64,000 nucleotides of DNA from Lingula anatina (GCA_051362555.1 CM120645.1:16802001-16866000), one strand, 5' to 3'. Positions 42,561 to 54,947 are shown, counted from the stretch's first letter. The notes: generated from the sequence alone by a model not told the origin. Program-made: numbers and translations.

Positions 42561-43263
42561 GGGACTAAATGTTACAATTCTGAGTTACAAAAATGTGCCA
42601 CCACAAAGTACTTTTTAATACAGCATAACACGAAAACCGTATGAAATACAAAAAAACGGAGACCACTCTCAGTGTTGGGCTTTACATGCTCTACAAAATG
42701 CAAAAAAGAACGGGTCGCTAGCATTAACGGATCCCGAATTAGAGACAGTTTTCATTTTCGGTATTTTATGGCCGCTACTCCTGTGAAAATGCACCGATTG
42801 ACCCCAAATTCACAGAGATGAAAGATGACCCAAAGGGTAACACTTTCCAATATAATTATTGGTTAAGTCTGTGTAGTGTCTGAATAACAGTGCAAATAAT
42901 ATTTTTTTTCGTAAAAAATTTCATTTTTTTGAAAATTTTGGCCCGTTTGACCTTGAAATAAAGGTCAAAGGTCAAATCCAAGGGCATATTTGAAATCTAC
43001 ACATATGACTTTTGGAAAGCCGTCTGTAGAAAATTTTCCCATAATTCCTTCCGTAGGGTAGATAATTGGCATTGAATTTTCAAAAATTTTGACAAGGGTG
43101 CATTTCAAGGAGCGTCACGCCCAGGTCAATGTACCGACTGAGACAAAAAAACCTGGGGGTTCAAGTTGAGGTTATATGTGACCTAAATCCAAGAGATGGG
43201 GACAGGGGTCCTTGCGGTCTAGGAGGAGAAGCGGTAACGGTGACTTGTATCCGGCGCCAGTAC

Positions 43264-43348
43264 GCGGAGCCGGCGGAGCTTACGGAGCCGGCGGAGCCGG
43301 CGGAGCCAACGGAGCCGGCGGAGCCGGCGGAGCCGGCGGAGCCGGACG
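43264..43348. repeat. 9-bp minisatellite (GGAGCCGGC)n
   Basis: About 9 near-perfect copies; source of the spurious EPAEPA and APPAPP ORFs. Confidence 0.92.
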
Positions 43349-44060
43349 AGACGGGTCGGGACTAAAACCATGAGTACCGCCAGCGTACACGCTGGTGGTA
43401 CTAATAAGATACGCCGTCTCGCTGCGACGGCTGTAACAATGAGATTGAATGCATCGAGATGAATTCTCAGCTAACACAACCAAGAAGTCTTTCATACCAT
43501 GTCAAATTACTTGTACTATAAGAGTCTTTTAACAATAATGAAACTGAAATATTTCCACCATTTTTTAATCGTCGTTAGGTGGAATTCCATTCTCTGCCAA
43601 CTTTAAATGCCAACTTTAAATGCCAACTTTACATGTGTTATTCATATCTATTATTTTGGAGAGATAGTCTGTGTTTCAATCTTGACTTTTCTTACGAGAT
43701 TTAGTATAACACTACTTAAATGCCAATTACAACTACTGCAGCAGTACATTGTCACATAAAAACAGTTTTGCCTAAAAATTTCAGTTTCTTTTGCAAGCTT
43801 TGCCACACAACATGAAGGCGGGTTTTGCGGATTTTTATTTTTCAGTGTGTTTGGAGAGGCATTTTTATTAAGCGTTCCACAACTAAACCTATCTGTTTTT
43901 AGCCTTTTGGGCAAAGATTAATGAAGTCAGTCAGTGTACTGAATTTTTCAAAATACCATTTTCTTGTCAAGTTGTACCATTTTCGTCTTTTGGCATTGGG
44001 CATATTTACTGATTATATATTTTTTTCCTCTGCCTTGCCTTTTCATTCAATATCTTTTCT

Positions 44061-44224
44061 GGGGGCGTCTCGATAGTCCGAAGGTTCATTGGTCCGAAGG
44101 TTCATTGGTCCGAAAAGTGGTAACATTTTCATCGATTTTTTAATCAAGGGTTCATTGGTCCGAAGATTCTTTAGTGAACAATGAACCTTCGGACTATTGA
44201 ACCTTCGGACTATCGCTACGGCCC
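44061..44224. mobile_element. 164-bp MITE with imperfect TIRs and 4-bp TSD
   Basis: Left GGGGGCGTCTCGATAGTCCGAAGGTTCA versus reverse complement of right end GGGCCGTAGCGATAGTCCGAAGGTTCA. Internal 16-bp repeats GGTTCATTGGTCCGAA. TTCT on both flanks (44057-44060, 44225-44228). Confidence 0.8.
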
Positions 44225-46482
44225 TTCTATTCCACACCGATTTTCTCCCCTCTTTCCTTTTCAATCTACAGCAAATTTTCCCTCTTTTTACTGTTATCAG
44301 ACAAATATGGGCAAATATACACATAATTAATCTTCTTTCAAAGTCAAATTCTGTCAAATAGTACTTATCGTGCATTATTTTGATATGGCAGTTAACATTT
44401 GAGTAAAATGCCGGGATGAATAAAACTATTTCGAAAGGAGCAACTGTACACTTGTCAATTATCTGGTGAAAAATCCAGAGAAATGGTGTCAATGAGTGCA
44501 AATTAACGCCTGGGATTATTAGTTGCTGGATAATACTAGGAAATTTACTGCCATGAAAAGAGACAAGAGATGTTTTGTTTTTTTTTCAGTGAAAAGTAAG
44601 TATTACAAATAGAATATTGAGCAAATATCATGGATGGTACATTAATACTATGCCATATAAAAAGAGATTTTATAGTTGAAAGTGTTACTCTCCTGTCATT
44701 TTCAGCTGTATTTCCCAATATTTTTAACCGTGTGTGCGTCTGTGTATTTCCATATATTTGTATATAAATACATTATTTTATGCATTGCTTTGCAGGAAAG
44801 GTTATATGGTTTGATAAGTTTATGAATTTCAAATTAGATTTCTGATAGTTATAAATTAGAGTTTATTTTTTTAACTCATTTGCCACAAACTAACAAGATG
44901 AGCCCACCTTTAAAAAATTAAGAATTGAAATAACTTACAGATGTCTTGCAAATGGGTCATTTCAGAAATCATAGCTAAATGTGGAGTATCAGAAATTGAG
45001 AAAAAAAAAATCCAAAATGTATACGTCATTTATAAATGCTTTCTTTGCTGCAACTGACCTTGCCAAAATAGACAGGCCACAATCAGATCAATTCTTCTGT
45101 TATTTAGGACAATAAAATTTTTGTTTATACACCTAAATATTATCATTCTAACTTTCCTGTTATTAGCATTAGTTTTTTTAATTAACAAGAGATCATTTTA
45201 TTTAACTTGGGATCCAGGACTGAAAATTCCAGGATATTACTAAAAACGTGCAATTTTAAGAAAAAGAACAACAGAAACATTAGTACTGACCATGAATTTA
45301 TTAAAAAATGTCATGGGAGCATTTTTCTTCCTTTGAAGTTATTTCAAGTTTAAGATAAAAAAAAAAAAAACATGACAAAGTAACAGTGAATTTGAATATA
45401 AAAGATCCATAAATAATGATATGTGAAACAGCATATCAGAATAGAAGGAAATAATTTATTTTTGAAAAGTACTACACAAAAACGTAAATTGATCATTCTA
45501 GCCATGATTACAAATGTAATGCATTATAACAACTTCTACCTTAAATATCAATCATAATAAAAACAATTCTTGTCTACTTGTAATAATTCTAATAAGTAGT
45601 TTAATTAATGCATCCAAAATATCACATTTTCACATTTTTACAAGTAGAAGTAGATATTTGGACTGGTACAACAGTCACTAAATATCTGAGGTGAACCATG
45701 AAATGAATCTTCAGTGCATATGTATATTGTTCATTGTGCTATTGGATTTTCTTTAGGTGAAGTACGTGAAAATTGTTTTGATTTTCTAAAACATTTTCTT
45801 CTGATCTGTTATTACAAACAACTTACTTTAGCACAACTGTTTAAAATATTTTAAAAAATGACAATAAAAATAAATAAATAAACAAATAATAATAGCAATC
45901 TTTCATATCACAGAAACATAATAATAATAATAAAGGCATCATTTTATGTTGTGCTCAGACACTTATATCAACATACAAATCAAACAGTTATCAAAGTACA
46001 AACTGAAAAAAACAGTTGAAAATCCAGGAGAAGGCCTCACACCAGTTAAATATGACCATCTCTACTTTGGTATCACTCTGAATGGAACAGAACAATAAAA
46101 AGGAGACCCTACCCTCCTGTACACCACCCCCTCCCCCCGTTTTTGATCTTTTTAATTAATTTTAATTTTTTTTAAGCAACTTTGTTAAGTCTTACATAAA
46201 AAGAGGGGAAACCTCTTCATTCCTGAATTATTCTACACGTTTTTATCGTATAGTTTAATGTTTGGTCTCATTATGAAGTGTCACACATAGAGATTCCACA
46301 TTGTCCAATTACAATAAAAACCCAGACAGAAGCACTTATTTTTGAATATTACACTCTGTTATGGCCAACAAGATGACTATTTCATTTCACACACCATCCC
46401 ACAGTCAATACAATGCCTTATTGTTATGAAAAGCTGTCATATGTCACTTTTCTTTTTATTCCATACATAAATTGTCACACCA

Positions 46483-46684
46483 TCACTTGACACTCTGAGT
46501 TCTGGTCAGCGATGACCGAATAGGTCTGGTCAGGTGTGCAGTGACCGGCTTGCCCATGTATGTCCCTCCCCTGTGGGGTGAGGTGTCCACGTGTCTGGTA
46601 CTGTCCCCTTTAGCCAGGGGGCTCCCTGCAGACAGGGTAAAGGCTACCAGCTGGGTGGAAGTTGTGGGAGCATCCTGGTGAAGT
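46483..46684 (-). CDS. C3orf20-like last coding exon 17
   Basis: CT-rich tract then atgcag|RLHQDAPTTS...TRTQSVK*. Phase fits and the total CDS of 3435 nt is divisible by 3. AATAAA on the minus strand at 46455-46460. Confidence 0.78.
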
Positions 46685-47508
46685 CTGCATGGGAGAGAGA
46701 GAGAGATAGAGAGACATGCACATCTAAAGACATAACTACAGCAAGAAAGGCAAAGATGGGGGTCCATTAAGAAAAGCTACTCATACACAGCATAATGCAA
46801 ATCAAGAAAAATGATTTCAATTAAACAAAGTATCACAGATAACAAATCACTTTCAATGATTGACTAGCAACTGCTTTGCTTTTATATCTAAAAGTAATTT
46901 TGAGGAATTAAAAAAAATACTTTGAACATGCATATTTCACTCTGATTGAATCATACTTTCTAAATACCTGGCAGTTTTAGCAATATAAATAATAGAAGTA
47001 AGGTCAGTTCATAGAGTCACCAATAATGTTGCATGCAGATCAATCAAGATAAAAAAGCTATGCAAACTGTCCACAGCGTACATGCAATAGAGGATCCTGG
47101 CAAAAATAGTCTCTCTAAAAATCCTTTTTAAAGTGCCCACTTCTACTGATCTCAAAACATAAGAAATATGAAGAGGAAAAAACTGAAAAGGAAAGCCATA
47201 CAAATGTTTTGTTATTCAAAATAGAGCAGCTGACATGAAGGGAAACTCGCAAGCCAGAAAATAATGCAAAAATCACAAGAATAAAACAACAATTCTCTGA
47301 AAGCACTCTAGAATAGGTCAACAGATCACTTGATCACAATGGGCTCCAATTGTTTTCTTGTTGCAAGACATCTGAAATATGTAACAAAAGTAAAATTCTT
47401 TAAATAACATGTATTATATTACATCCGAAACTTCTAAGCAATGTTTAAAATGTCGATCATGGCAGCCAAAAGGAAAAAAATTCCTGAAATGGAACAATAT
47501 GAAATATG

Positions 47509-47540
<32 letters not shown>

Positions 47541-47546
47541 AATAAT
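47509..47546. repeat. (AAC)n(AAT)n microsatellite
   Basis: Direct reading. Confidence 0.9.
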
Positions 47547-47588
47547 TTAGTTTTTTTAGCTTTTTGGAGATACAATACAAATCTTTAC

Positions 47589-47777
47589 CTCAGAAAATGA
47601 TCAATAGGCATATCATTGGTGTTCACAGTGTCACTGGACAAGTTCTTCTCCACAAAAGACTTGGATGACTGGCTCCTTATGCTGACTGCAGTGCCCGGGT
47701 TGCCTTGGCGGTCTACACCAGCTCCCCCTATCTCCCCACCCCAAGCAGCACGCATGCCATGCTGACCCTTCAATGGA
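47589..47777 (-). CDS. C3orf20-like exon 16
   Basis: attag|SPLKGQHGMRAAWGGEIGGAGVD...PIDHFL AG|gtaaag. Phase 2 to 2. Confidence 0.82.
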
Positions 47778-48065
47778 CTAATAAAAGAAATGAAAAAAAA
47801 TATAAGATTTTATTTTAAATCAGCCAAATACGTGAAAAGAAAAATTAATCCTGTATCAAAAATTGCATCTTCATCTTATTATTTTTTACAAGTCAATTGT
47901 AGTGGCACTAATTTTTTAAATTCTCAATTTAATTATATGCTATAGCTCACAGATTATAAGTTGCCAGTTTTTTCAACATTGACATGTACAGCAATAATGT
48001 TTACTAACATTAATGCTGCAATACAGATAAGAGGTATGAGAATTGACTCGTGTTACACTTCTTAC

Positions 48066-48208
48066 CTGAACCTGAAATCTTTTGGCAGGCTATGACCCTG
48101 TGTGGCATCTCTCATGGTTTTCATCAGCTGTTTCTGGAAGTCTTTCCTGGCATTGCCATAGCCATTGAATATGTGATCACAGAACAACAACTGGCCACCC
48201 TGATAGAT
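48066..48208 (-). CDS. C3orf20-like exon 15
   Basis: tgcag|IYQGGQLLFCDHIFNGYGNARKDFQKQLMKTMRDATQGHSLPKDFRF AG|gtaaga. Resembles, from memory, the GG.L.F....NGYG...LP.D..F C-terminal block of C3orf20. Confidence 0.88.
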
Positions 48209-48576
48209 CTGCAATTATCAAGTTATAGAATTCATGTGACTGGGCTGTCATGTTCCACAGATGAAATTTAATCATGATGTACTGCACCAATAGTCTGTGT
48301 CAAACTATTTTTTAGCCTACTGGCTCTTTGAGACACAAGGTTCTAAGAATATACAAGCCCAAAACACTTGCAAAATTTGCAAAATACTTCTGGTCTGGCT
48401 TCAAATAATACTGGTGACCGGAGTGGAACCAGTGGTTAATGACACACACTGTATCAATGTAATTCAAATACAATGTGGATCAGCATCATATTGAAAGGAT
48501 AAGGATATTTGAAAGTAAAGAAGCCAGCACATATCCAATATGACTCTAAGGAAAGCACAAAGATGTAACTCCCTAC

Positions 48577-48778
48577 CAAGAACATCCCTGGAACCACGTT
48601 GTGCCTGGCCAATAGAAGAGGCTGTGAGTGGTAGGAATCGAATGCTGCAGTTGCCACATCATACTTGAGAATGCGGTATGGATCATTGCGACACTGAAGA
48701 CAGGGTCTTGTGCGGTTCCGGTTCCTCTCGCTGTGGATTTGCTCCAACATAGCATCACATGGACTGGACTGGGGATAC
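48577..48778 (-). CDS. C3orf20-like exon 14
   Basis: cctag|LYPQSSPCDAMLEQIHSERNRNRTRPCLQCRNDPYRILKYD...PLLLARHNVVPGMFL|gtaggg. Phase 2 to 0. Confidence 0.88.
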
Positions 48779-49057
48779 CTAGGGAGACAGGGCAAAGGAT
48801 GTCTGAGGAAACAGGGAGAAGGAGACATATATTATGCACATTCCTACATCACATTTTAATGCCATCCCATTGTGTGCCTTTAAAAAATCATCTATCAGAC
48901 AGTTATTTGAAAGGATGAGGTTTTGGAATTAACAGCCTTGAAAACTTTCTTGAAGAAAGGCACCTAATCTTACATGAGCTGAGATTTACATCCATAAATT
49001 CTGAAAAGAAAAGACACCAAAATTAAGTTTCTATAAGCTCTGTTCTGAAAAACTTAC

Positions 49058-49342
49058 AGAGATGAGCATATAGAAAGCACAATGAGTTGCCTGACTGGCA
49101 CTTGGTTCTTGATGAAGTCCTCAAACTCCAGGTCTGTGATGTAAGGTACCCTGTGTCTATTACACCTGCAAATGGCTCTCTGATCCCCCATCAGCTCAGC
49201 ATGCAGAGCAACTGGGCACGAGTTCATGGGGACTGGCCAGTGGTGAAGAGGGCCAGTACTGGTCACCTTGGTGGACACAGGGCGGACAGCCTGATGACTT
49301 GAATTTGGCTTCACCTTGAATGTGGCAGAAGGACGTGATGAC
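49058..49342 (-). CDS. C3orf20-like exon 13
   Basis: ttcag|..SCPVALHAELMGDQRAICRCNRHRVPYITDLEFEDFIKNQVPVRQLIVLSICSS CT|gtaagt. CP..L and C.C....P..TDLE motifs. Phase 2 to 2. Confidence 0.88.
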
Positions 49343-49712
49343 CTGAAATAAATTGAATGAAAAGAACATTAAATACACACACACACACAACTAGCACATT
49401 GGACTTTTTTTATTGTATATGCCACAGCATTTTGCCATCTTTCATGGTCTTTTTAACTTGAAGTGCTGTTAGAGCAACTCCACCCAATGAGAAACTACAA
49501 TTTATGATACAATTTTAATTAACTTGTGCATTTTAGTTACAGGTAAATGCACATGTATATGTTCAAAGCTTCACGTATTATCATCAATGTTTTAAATGGA
49601 CATCACAGTGAAATATTCTTTTATCCACTTCTGTAGTTTAATATTGTTCTATCTTAATATGGCATAGTCATTAAAATCTTTCTACATCTATAAAAAAAAG
49701 TAGAGTACATAC

Positions 49713-49899
49713 GCGCTGCCCACAGATCTTGGAAAAGGAGAACTCCTGGCAATGGACTCCTTGTCTCCTGCCTCGCTGTCATCATCCTGGTCCAGGTCAG
49801 CATCACCTTCCTCAAACTTCACCTTGCTAGCCATGGCACCTACAGAGGGCTGGGTGGAGCGGGAACTGGCGGCACTGCTCAGACGCTCTTTCTGGTGAC
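49713..49899 (-). CDS. C3orf20-like exon 12
   Basis: cacag|GHQKERLSSAASS...FPRSVGS GC|gtatgt. Phase 1 to 2. Confidence 0.82.
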
Positions 49900-49980
49900 C
49901 TGTGGGGAAACAAATCAAAGAAACATCAGTCTTGTAGATTGAGAGTTTTTTCCTTTCTTTCTTTATTCCTTTTTTTTTCC

Positions 49981-49982
<2 letters not shown>

Positions 49983-50015
<33 letters not shown>
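49983..50015. repeat. Poly-G tract (33 nt)
   Basis: Direct reading. Confidence 0.9.
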
Positions 50016-50017
<2 letters not shown>

Positions 50018-50105
50018 TACTTGGCCTCATTCATATACATGGTGGTTTTTTCTGGAGCCATAAGTAAGGTATTATCGGCTACAGTTGAGGTTTTTGTTCA
50101 TTTAC

Positions 50106-50305
50106 CTGCCATAGCTGACTGTGCCCTGTTGTCAATGTCTGCAGAAGGCAGAGGAGTGGTGCACTTTCCAACATTAGAAATCTTGTCAACAGCAGACCTG
50201 ATGTCACGTTTCCTGGAGGCTGGAGTGTTATCCATCTTCTTCACATCTGGTGACAGTATTCCCAGTGATACCCGATAGTGCTCTAACCAGTCATCTGCTA
50301 GGTTT
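50106..50305 (-). CDS. C3orf20-like exon 11
   Basis: cacag|KNLADDWLEHYRVSLGI...RAQSAMA G|gtaaat. Phase 2 to 1; an in-frame TGA follows the donor if unspliced. Confidence 0.85.
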
Positions 50306-51010
50306 CTGTGGAACAGAATATATAAAACATCAATGATTGTTATTTTTTATTAGATGTATGTGGACCAAGAAATGAGTATATTTTAACAGCCTTGAAAGTC
50401 TTTTAAGGTATAATGAAAGCAATTAAAACTAATCATAAAAATGTCAATTTCCTTAATTAAACAGTTTAAACATAACTTAAAGGGATAACAACCTGCCATA
50501 TGAGATTCACAATTCGACAATAAATACATTGTAAACAACACAAAGAAATAAAATAAACTCCATTTTACCACCAAAATGGCAGTTAGCACAATTACTTTGA
50601 AATCTGTAATTGCCATCAGAGCACGTAGACCTTCATAGATGGCTACCCTCCATGAGATGAGATTATTACAAAAAGCATACTTAAAAAAAAACTAATCAAC
50701 TAACATTGAATGTCGGAATGGATTCATTAACCATTAGTTAGTATGGGAACATGGAAACATTGTCATATACCCCAGGAAAACCTAATTTATGGTACCTTTC
50801 CCACCAAAATTAAGAGTTGTTATTCCTATAAAACCGCTAATAGCTTCCTTTTAGTATACATAATCATAAACTTAAGCCACTTTGGAAAAAATGAATGTCC
50901 ACTTCAGTAATAATACACAGTTCTATACGGACAACAAGAGTAGAGGATATTAACTGGCTGAACACCAATAGCATGTACATGTACTTAAATGTATACTATC
51001 AATCACTTAC

Positions 51011-51123
51011 TTGACTTTTCTATGCAATCTTGCAAGCTGCTGACCAGATACTTCATCATACTCGGCTTTCTCTGGGAATTCCAGGTATTTTCTCAAGTTA
51101 CTGATTGGAGCAGTGTACTTGCC
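51011..51123 (-). CDS. C3orf20-like exon 10
   Basis: ttcag|GKYTAPISNLRKYLEFPEKAEYDEVSGQQLARLHRKV AA|gtaagt. Phase 0 to 2. Confidence 0.85.
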
Positions 51124-52354
51124 CTGAAATCCAGAGAAAAAAGTTAGGAAGAGACAGGTAAATCACAAATCCATTCATAAATTAATTATTTGTATTAAAC
51201 TAGTTGCCACCAACTGGTTCTGGTCAACAATTTATATAAGATTTTATATCATTATAATACACAAAGCTGTCAGCTGTGTGTTCCACTCACAATAAGATGC
51301 TTAATATTCATAAAAATTGTCATTTTTATCAGTTTGAACATGCCTTACAGGAGAAACTCCTCTGAAGCTGACCATAATTCCATCTAAACATGTCTGCACC
51401 CCATATAATAGTCTAACATGTATCCTTTTGAGAAGTTATTTATTTACACAAGTATTTATTAATCAAACAAACTGAAGAGTCACATGTAATCTTTCTCCCA
51501 ATTACAAAATTGAGTGGGGTTTTGCAATTAGTCTTAGCATACAAAGACTATCTGAATTACTATATTTAAAATTTGAATAATACCAGTAAGTTAAATGTCA
51601 AATGGACCATATACAGGACTTTGGCACACGGGCAATAATTTCAACTAAAGATTAATTTCCATGCATCCAAAAGAATTTTTCAGCTTTTAGGAACCATCCA
51701 CCTATCAAGTTCAAACTCAAAAATATAACTTGCTATCAGGTTTGTTTACTGAAGCCAATAGTACATTTACCTTCCTTGCATTCTTACTTTGTGTAAAAAT
51801 GCTACTTTTTAGTCCTATATTACAAAGAATGTACATGTATGCCTTTAATTTTGACAGAAATGCACTGATTTCCAAAAATGAATAAATAATTTCTACGATG
51901 TTGAAAATCTTGCCTGTAGTCTTTTTAGACTGAAATGTAATGTTAGCCAACATAAACAATGAAATCACACCATCAAATTGAGAGAGAGCACCATATTTCA
52001 ACAATTCAACAATTGCATATATTCACATTAAAAAAAAAAACATACATTTAGTGAATCCAACAACAGTTTCAGTTAGGTTTGTTAGTCAATATAATTATAC
52101 GTGACTTCAAACAAAAGACGGTAAATACACTGTATATGTGGCATGACACACCTGAAAACACTGGTCAATGTTAAGCAAGCGTTGAGGCAAATTATCCTGT
52201 GACTATCATAAAGCATAATGTTACTGTTGTTGGTGTTATTGTTAAATTGTTAGGTTATGTCAACAGCTACCACCAGAAAGAACAGATAAGTACATGTACA
52301 ACATGCATATATATTTGTAAAGAGCTAAAATAAACATGGCCATAGAGGGTAATG

Positions 52355-52356
<2 letters not shown>

Positions 52357-52390
<34 letters not shown>
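52357..52390. repeat. (GT)n microsatellite
   Basis: Direct reading. Confidence 0.92.
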
Positions 52391-52393
<3 letters not shown>

Positions 52394-53584
52394 ATTTGTT
52401 GGTTGGTGGGGGAAGAAGCCAATTCTTTTTGACACTGTTATAACTATTTTCTAGTAGGAAGTTTGACTGAGTTATTATACTTTACCATCTCTGCAATGGG
52501 CAACATGTTCAAATGACGCCATACAAATAACATTGCACCATGAGGAAAACAGTACCCCTGGTACATTGTTCACTCATGTGATTGAAGAAAAGCACAGTAC
52601 ATGTAGCTGGTGAAGAATGCTGTTTTTATCTATGTGTAACGCTACTTCTGAAATCTGGTAGCATACATTTTGTATAGCAGTGAGAAGAGATTTTTACAAG
52701 AGGATTCATGAAATAAAGTTGATGGTTGAAGTGATAAATGTATCCTAAAGTGAGCTACTTACTGATGCTATTAACTCAAATGCTGCCTAAAATAAATATT
52801 TGGATGGTAAAAAATGGATATGTAACTATGACCTTAAAGTATATGATATTTGTATATGTAATTAAATAAAAAATTTCAAACCAACTATTGATTAAAACCA
52901 CACAATCCCTGTAAGACCTTAACACAGCAAATCAAAATTAATAAAATTATAAAAAAATTACCAATTTTTATCACTTAAGTATACCATATCCAAACATTTT
53001 CCAAAAAAGATTAACTATAATTTCAACATTTGAGTTCTAAATGTCTCATTTTTACCATCATTAGTGAAATTTGAGAGTCCAATAAATTAATTAATTAATT
53101 AATTAATTAATAAGTTGGAATCCAAAAACTGATTTACTATTTGGAATTCTGTGAACAATTTTAGTATACCTTGGTGATAAAAAAAATGATGACATTAAAA
53201 ATTTCCAATTTTTTGCTATGTGGAGGTCTTATGCTTTCATAATCTTGCTAAAATATAAATGTAACAATTATCAAACTGTCTTCTCAGCTCATGAATAAGT
53301 CAAGCAGTTTATTTTTCATATTAAGCATATAAAAGCCATAAAAAATAAAAAACCCACAACCTATGGCTATTCATGCATTTTAAATGTCTACTCTCTCTGT
53401 TATGTTTTTCCTGTAACCATATAAAAGTACAATGCTGTTAGATGAACATCACTGAACATACAAATCTTAGTTAAACTGTGCTCTGTCATATACATATAAA
53501 CCAACTTCAACCAATTCTATGCTGATTAAACAATCCATAGTCAATTCAACACTGAATTGCATACCAGCAAGCAGTCACGCATAC

Positions 53585-53689
53585 CTTGGGCTTCATCTGC
53601 TTCTTTGCTTTCTGTGGCATCTTTTTCTTTGCAGCTGGATTCTCATTGGCTGCCAAAGAGCTGAGGTTCAGACCAGACATCATTTGACC
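53585..53689 (-). CDS. C3orf20-like exon 9
   Basis: ttcag|GQMMSGLNLSSLAANENPAAKKKMPQKAKKQMKPK|gtatgc. Phase 0 to 0. Confidence 0.82.
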
Positions 53690-53959
53690 CTGAAATAATG
53701 ATTTACATGGCCTTTTACATATCTGAAGGTTGTGAAAGGGATGCTTTATAATATGAACTATTGAATTCTGGGTAAGAATAATGAACTTCCCAACCAATTG
53801 GTGCTTTGGTTGTTGAGTGTCTTTTAAGCCAGGGCCTCATGCTGACATTACTCTGGTTTCCCAACCACAATGACTTCACTTTATAATATAAATGCAACTG
53901 TAAGTGGTTTACAATAAGTGTACCCTATCTGCAATGCAAGCACGCCTTCAGTCTCTTAC

Positions 53960-54085
53960 CAGATCCTCCACCTCTGCAGCCCCAGATTGCAGGCCCACTT
54001 TAAACTTGACAGTTTCCTTGTTGGCACTAAAGAACAGCTCCAATTTGGAGTGACTGGAGCAGCGGAAGGTCAGGTTGTTATTGAG
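53960..54085 (-). CDS. C3orf20-like exon 8
   Basis: cttag|LNNNLTFRCSSHSKLELFFSANKETVKFKVGLQSGAAEVEDL|gtaaga. Phase 0 to 0. Confidence 0.88.
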
Positions 54086-54408
54086 CTAAGAGTTGCCATG
54101 AAAAAATAAGTGAAAATGCAAGTAAATTTTAAGAATATTTAGATACTTGGTTAAGGAAAATCCATGCTATATTCTATTATGCTGTACAAGACAATTGTGA
54201 CATTACATTAAAACAAGTTAGGCTAAACAGGATTCAAGAACGGATAAGGATATTTCACTTTTCCTTTGAACATATCTCACTTTTTACGAGATCATATTAC
54301 AATTTTGCAAAATTAATTATCATATTTATGAGATCTTGATTGTATTTATACATCTTAAACATATCTCTCCATTTGGCATGGCAGAGGACTTCATCTTTTA
54401 ACATGTAC

Positions 54409-54520
54409 CTGAATTATTACTGGAATGGGCAGCTTTCCATGAGCTGGTGGCCACTGCCACCGCTTGATGACAGAACCATAGGTGTCACTCATGCTACCAC
54501 CTTCAGCATTGGCAAGAAAT
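54409..54520 (-). CDS. C3orf20-like exon 7
   Basis: tttag|RFLANAEGGSMSDTYGSVIKRWQWPPAHGKLPIPVIIQ|gtacat. GG...D..G...RW.W motif. Phase 2 to 0. Confidence 0.9.
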
Positions 54521-54782
54521 CTAAAGCATAAAGACAAATAGGAATGGGAGCTTTCAGATTTTAAATCCACACATAAGCTACACTTGTTTTATTCATCAAT
54601 TTAGTTTGATTCACATCTAATATTACTATTTTCTTGGTTAAAAGTGCACATTATATACTATATTGGCCTTGTGGAAAATTAAATTAAATTAATTATTATT
54701 TTTCTTTTTTTCTTACTTTCTTCCCTTTAATGCCTTTCTTTCTTTATTTTTTTTTTCCTTTATTTCAAAGTCTATCTCTTAC

Positions 54783-54947
54783 CTAACTACTCCATTGGGA
54801 TGATAGCAGGTAGCATTCCCCTGAGGAGTAAAGCACCCAAGCATAGTCAGCTCAGCATTGTCTTCATATGCCACAGTGTAATATGTTTTCTTCCCTTCAC
54901 TCTGCCCTGCCAGCGTGGTCACCACTGCCATCCTGCCAGATGGATAG
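54783..54947 (-). CDS. C3orf20-like exon 6 (FAM194 domain)
   Basis: gctag|(F)YPSGRMAVVTTLAGQSEGKKTYYTVAYEDNAELTMLGCFTPQGNATCYHPNGVV AG|gtaaga. YPSG..A and F...G...CYHPNG are FAM194 motifs. Confidence 0.9.

Larger units (their letters stand above)
41337..43407 (+). mobile_element. Helentron-associated / DINE-1-like non-autonomous element (HINE type) with internal satellite
   Basis: Starts AAACTAGAG after a T-run, with 5' palindrome GAGGCG-ATAC-CGCCTC (41353-41368). Central tandem array, (GAGCCGGCG)n microsatellite, and terminal 14-bp hairpin AGTACCGCCAGCGT/ACGCTGGTGGTACT (43373-43402). No coding capacity. Confidence 0.75.

Noticed and set aside
43129-43495. ORFs with EPAEPA / APPAPP repeats
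   Set aside because: Translations of the 9-bp minisatellite inside the HINE-like element.
44043-44501. 152-aa minus-strand ORF
   Set aside because: Runs through the MITE (repeated NLRTNEP) and has no domain signal.
47082-47150. Possible extra phase-2 exon (SVEVGTLKRIFRETIFARILYC) in the last C3orf20-like intron
   Set aside because: Requires a weak GAG acceptor and is not needed for frame.
51420-51429. Second GTATCCTTTT U12-like donor
   Set aside because: On the plus strand, opposite to the gene, with no associated exon.
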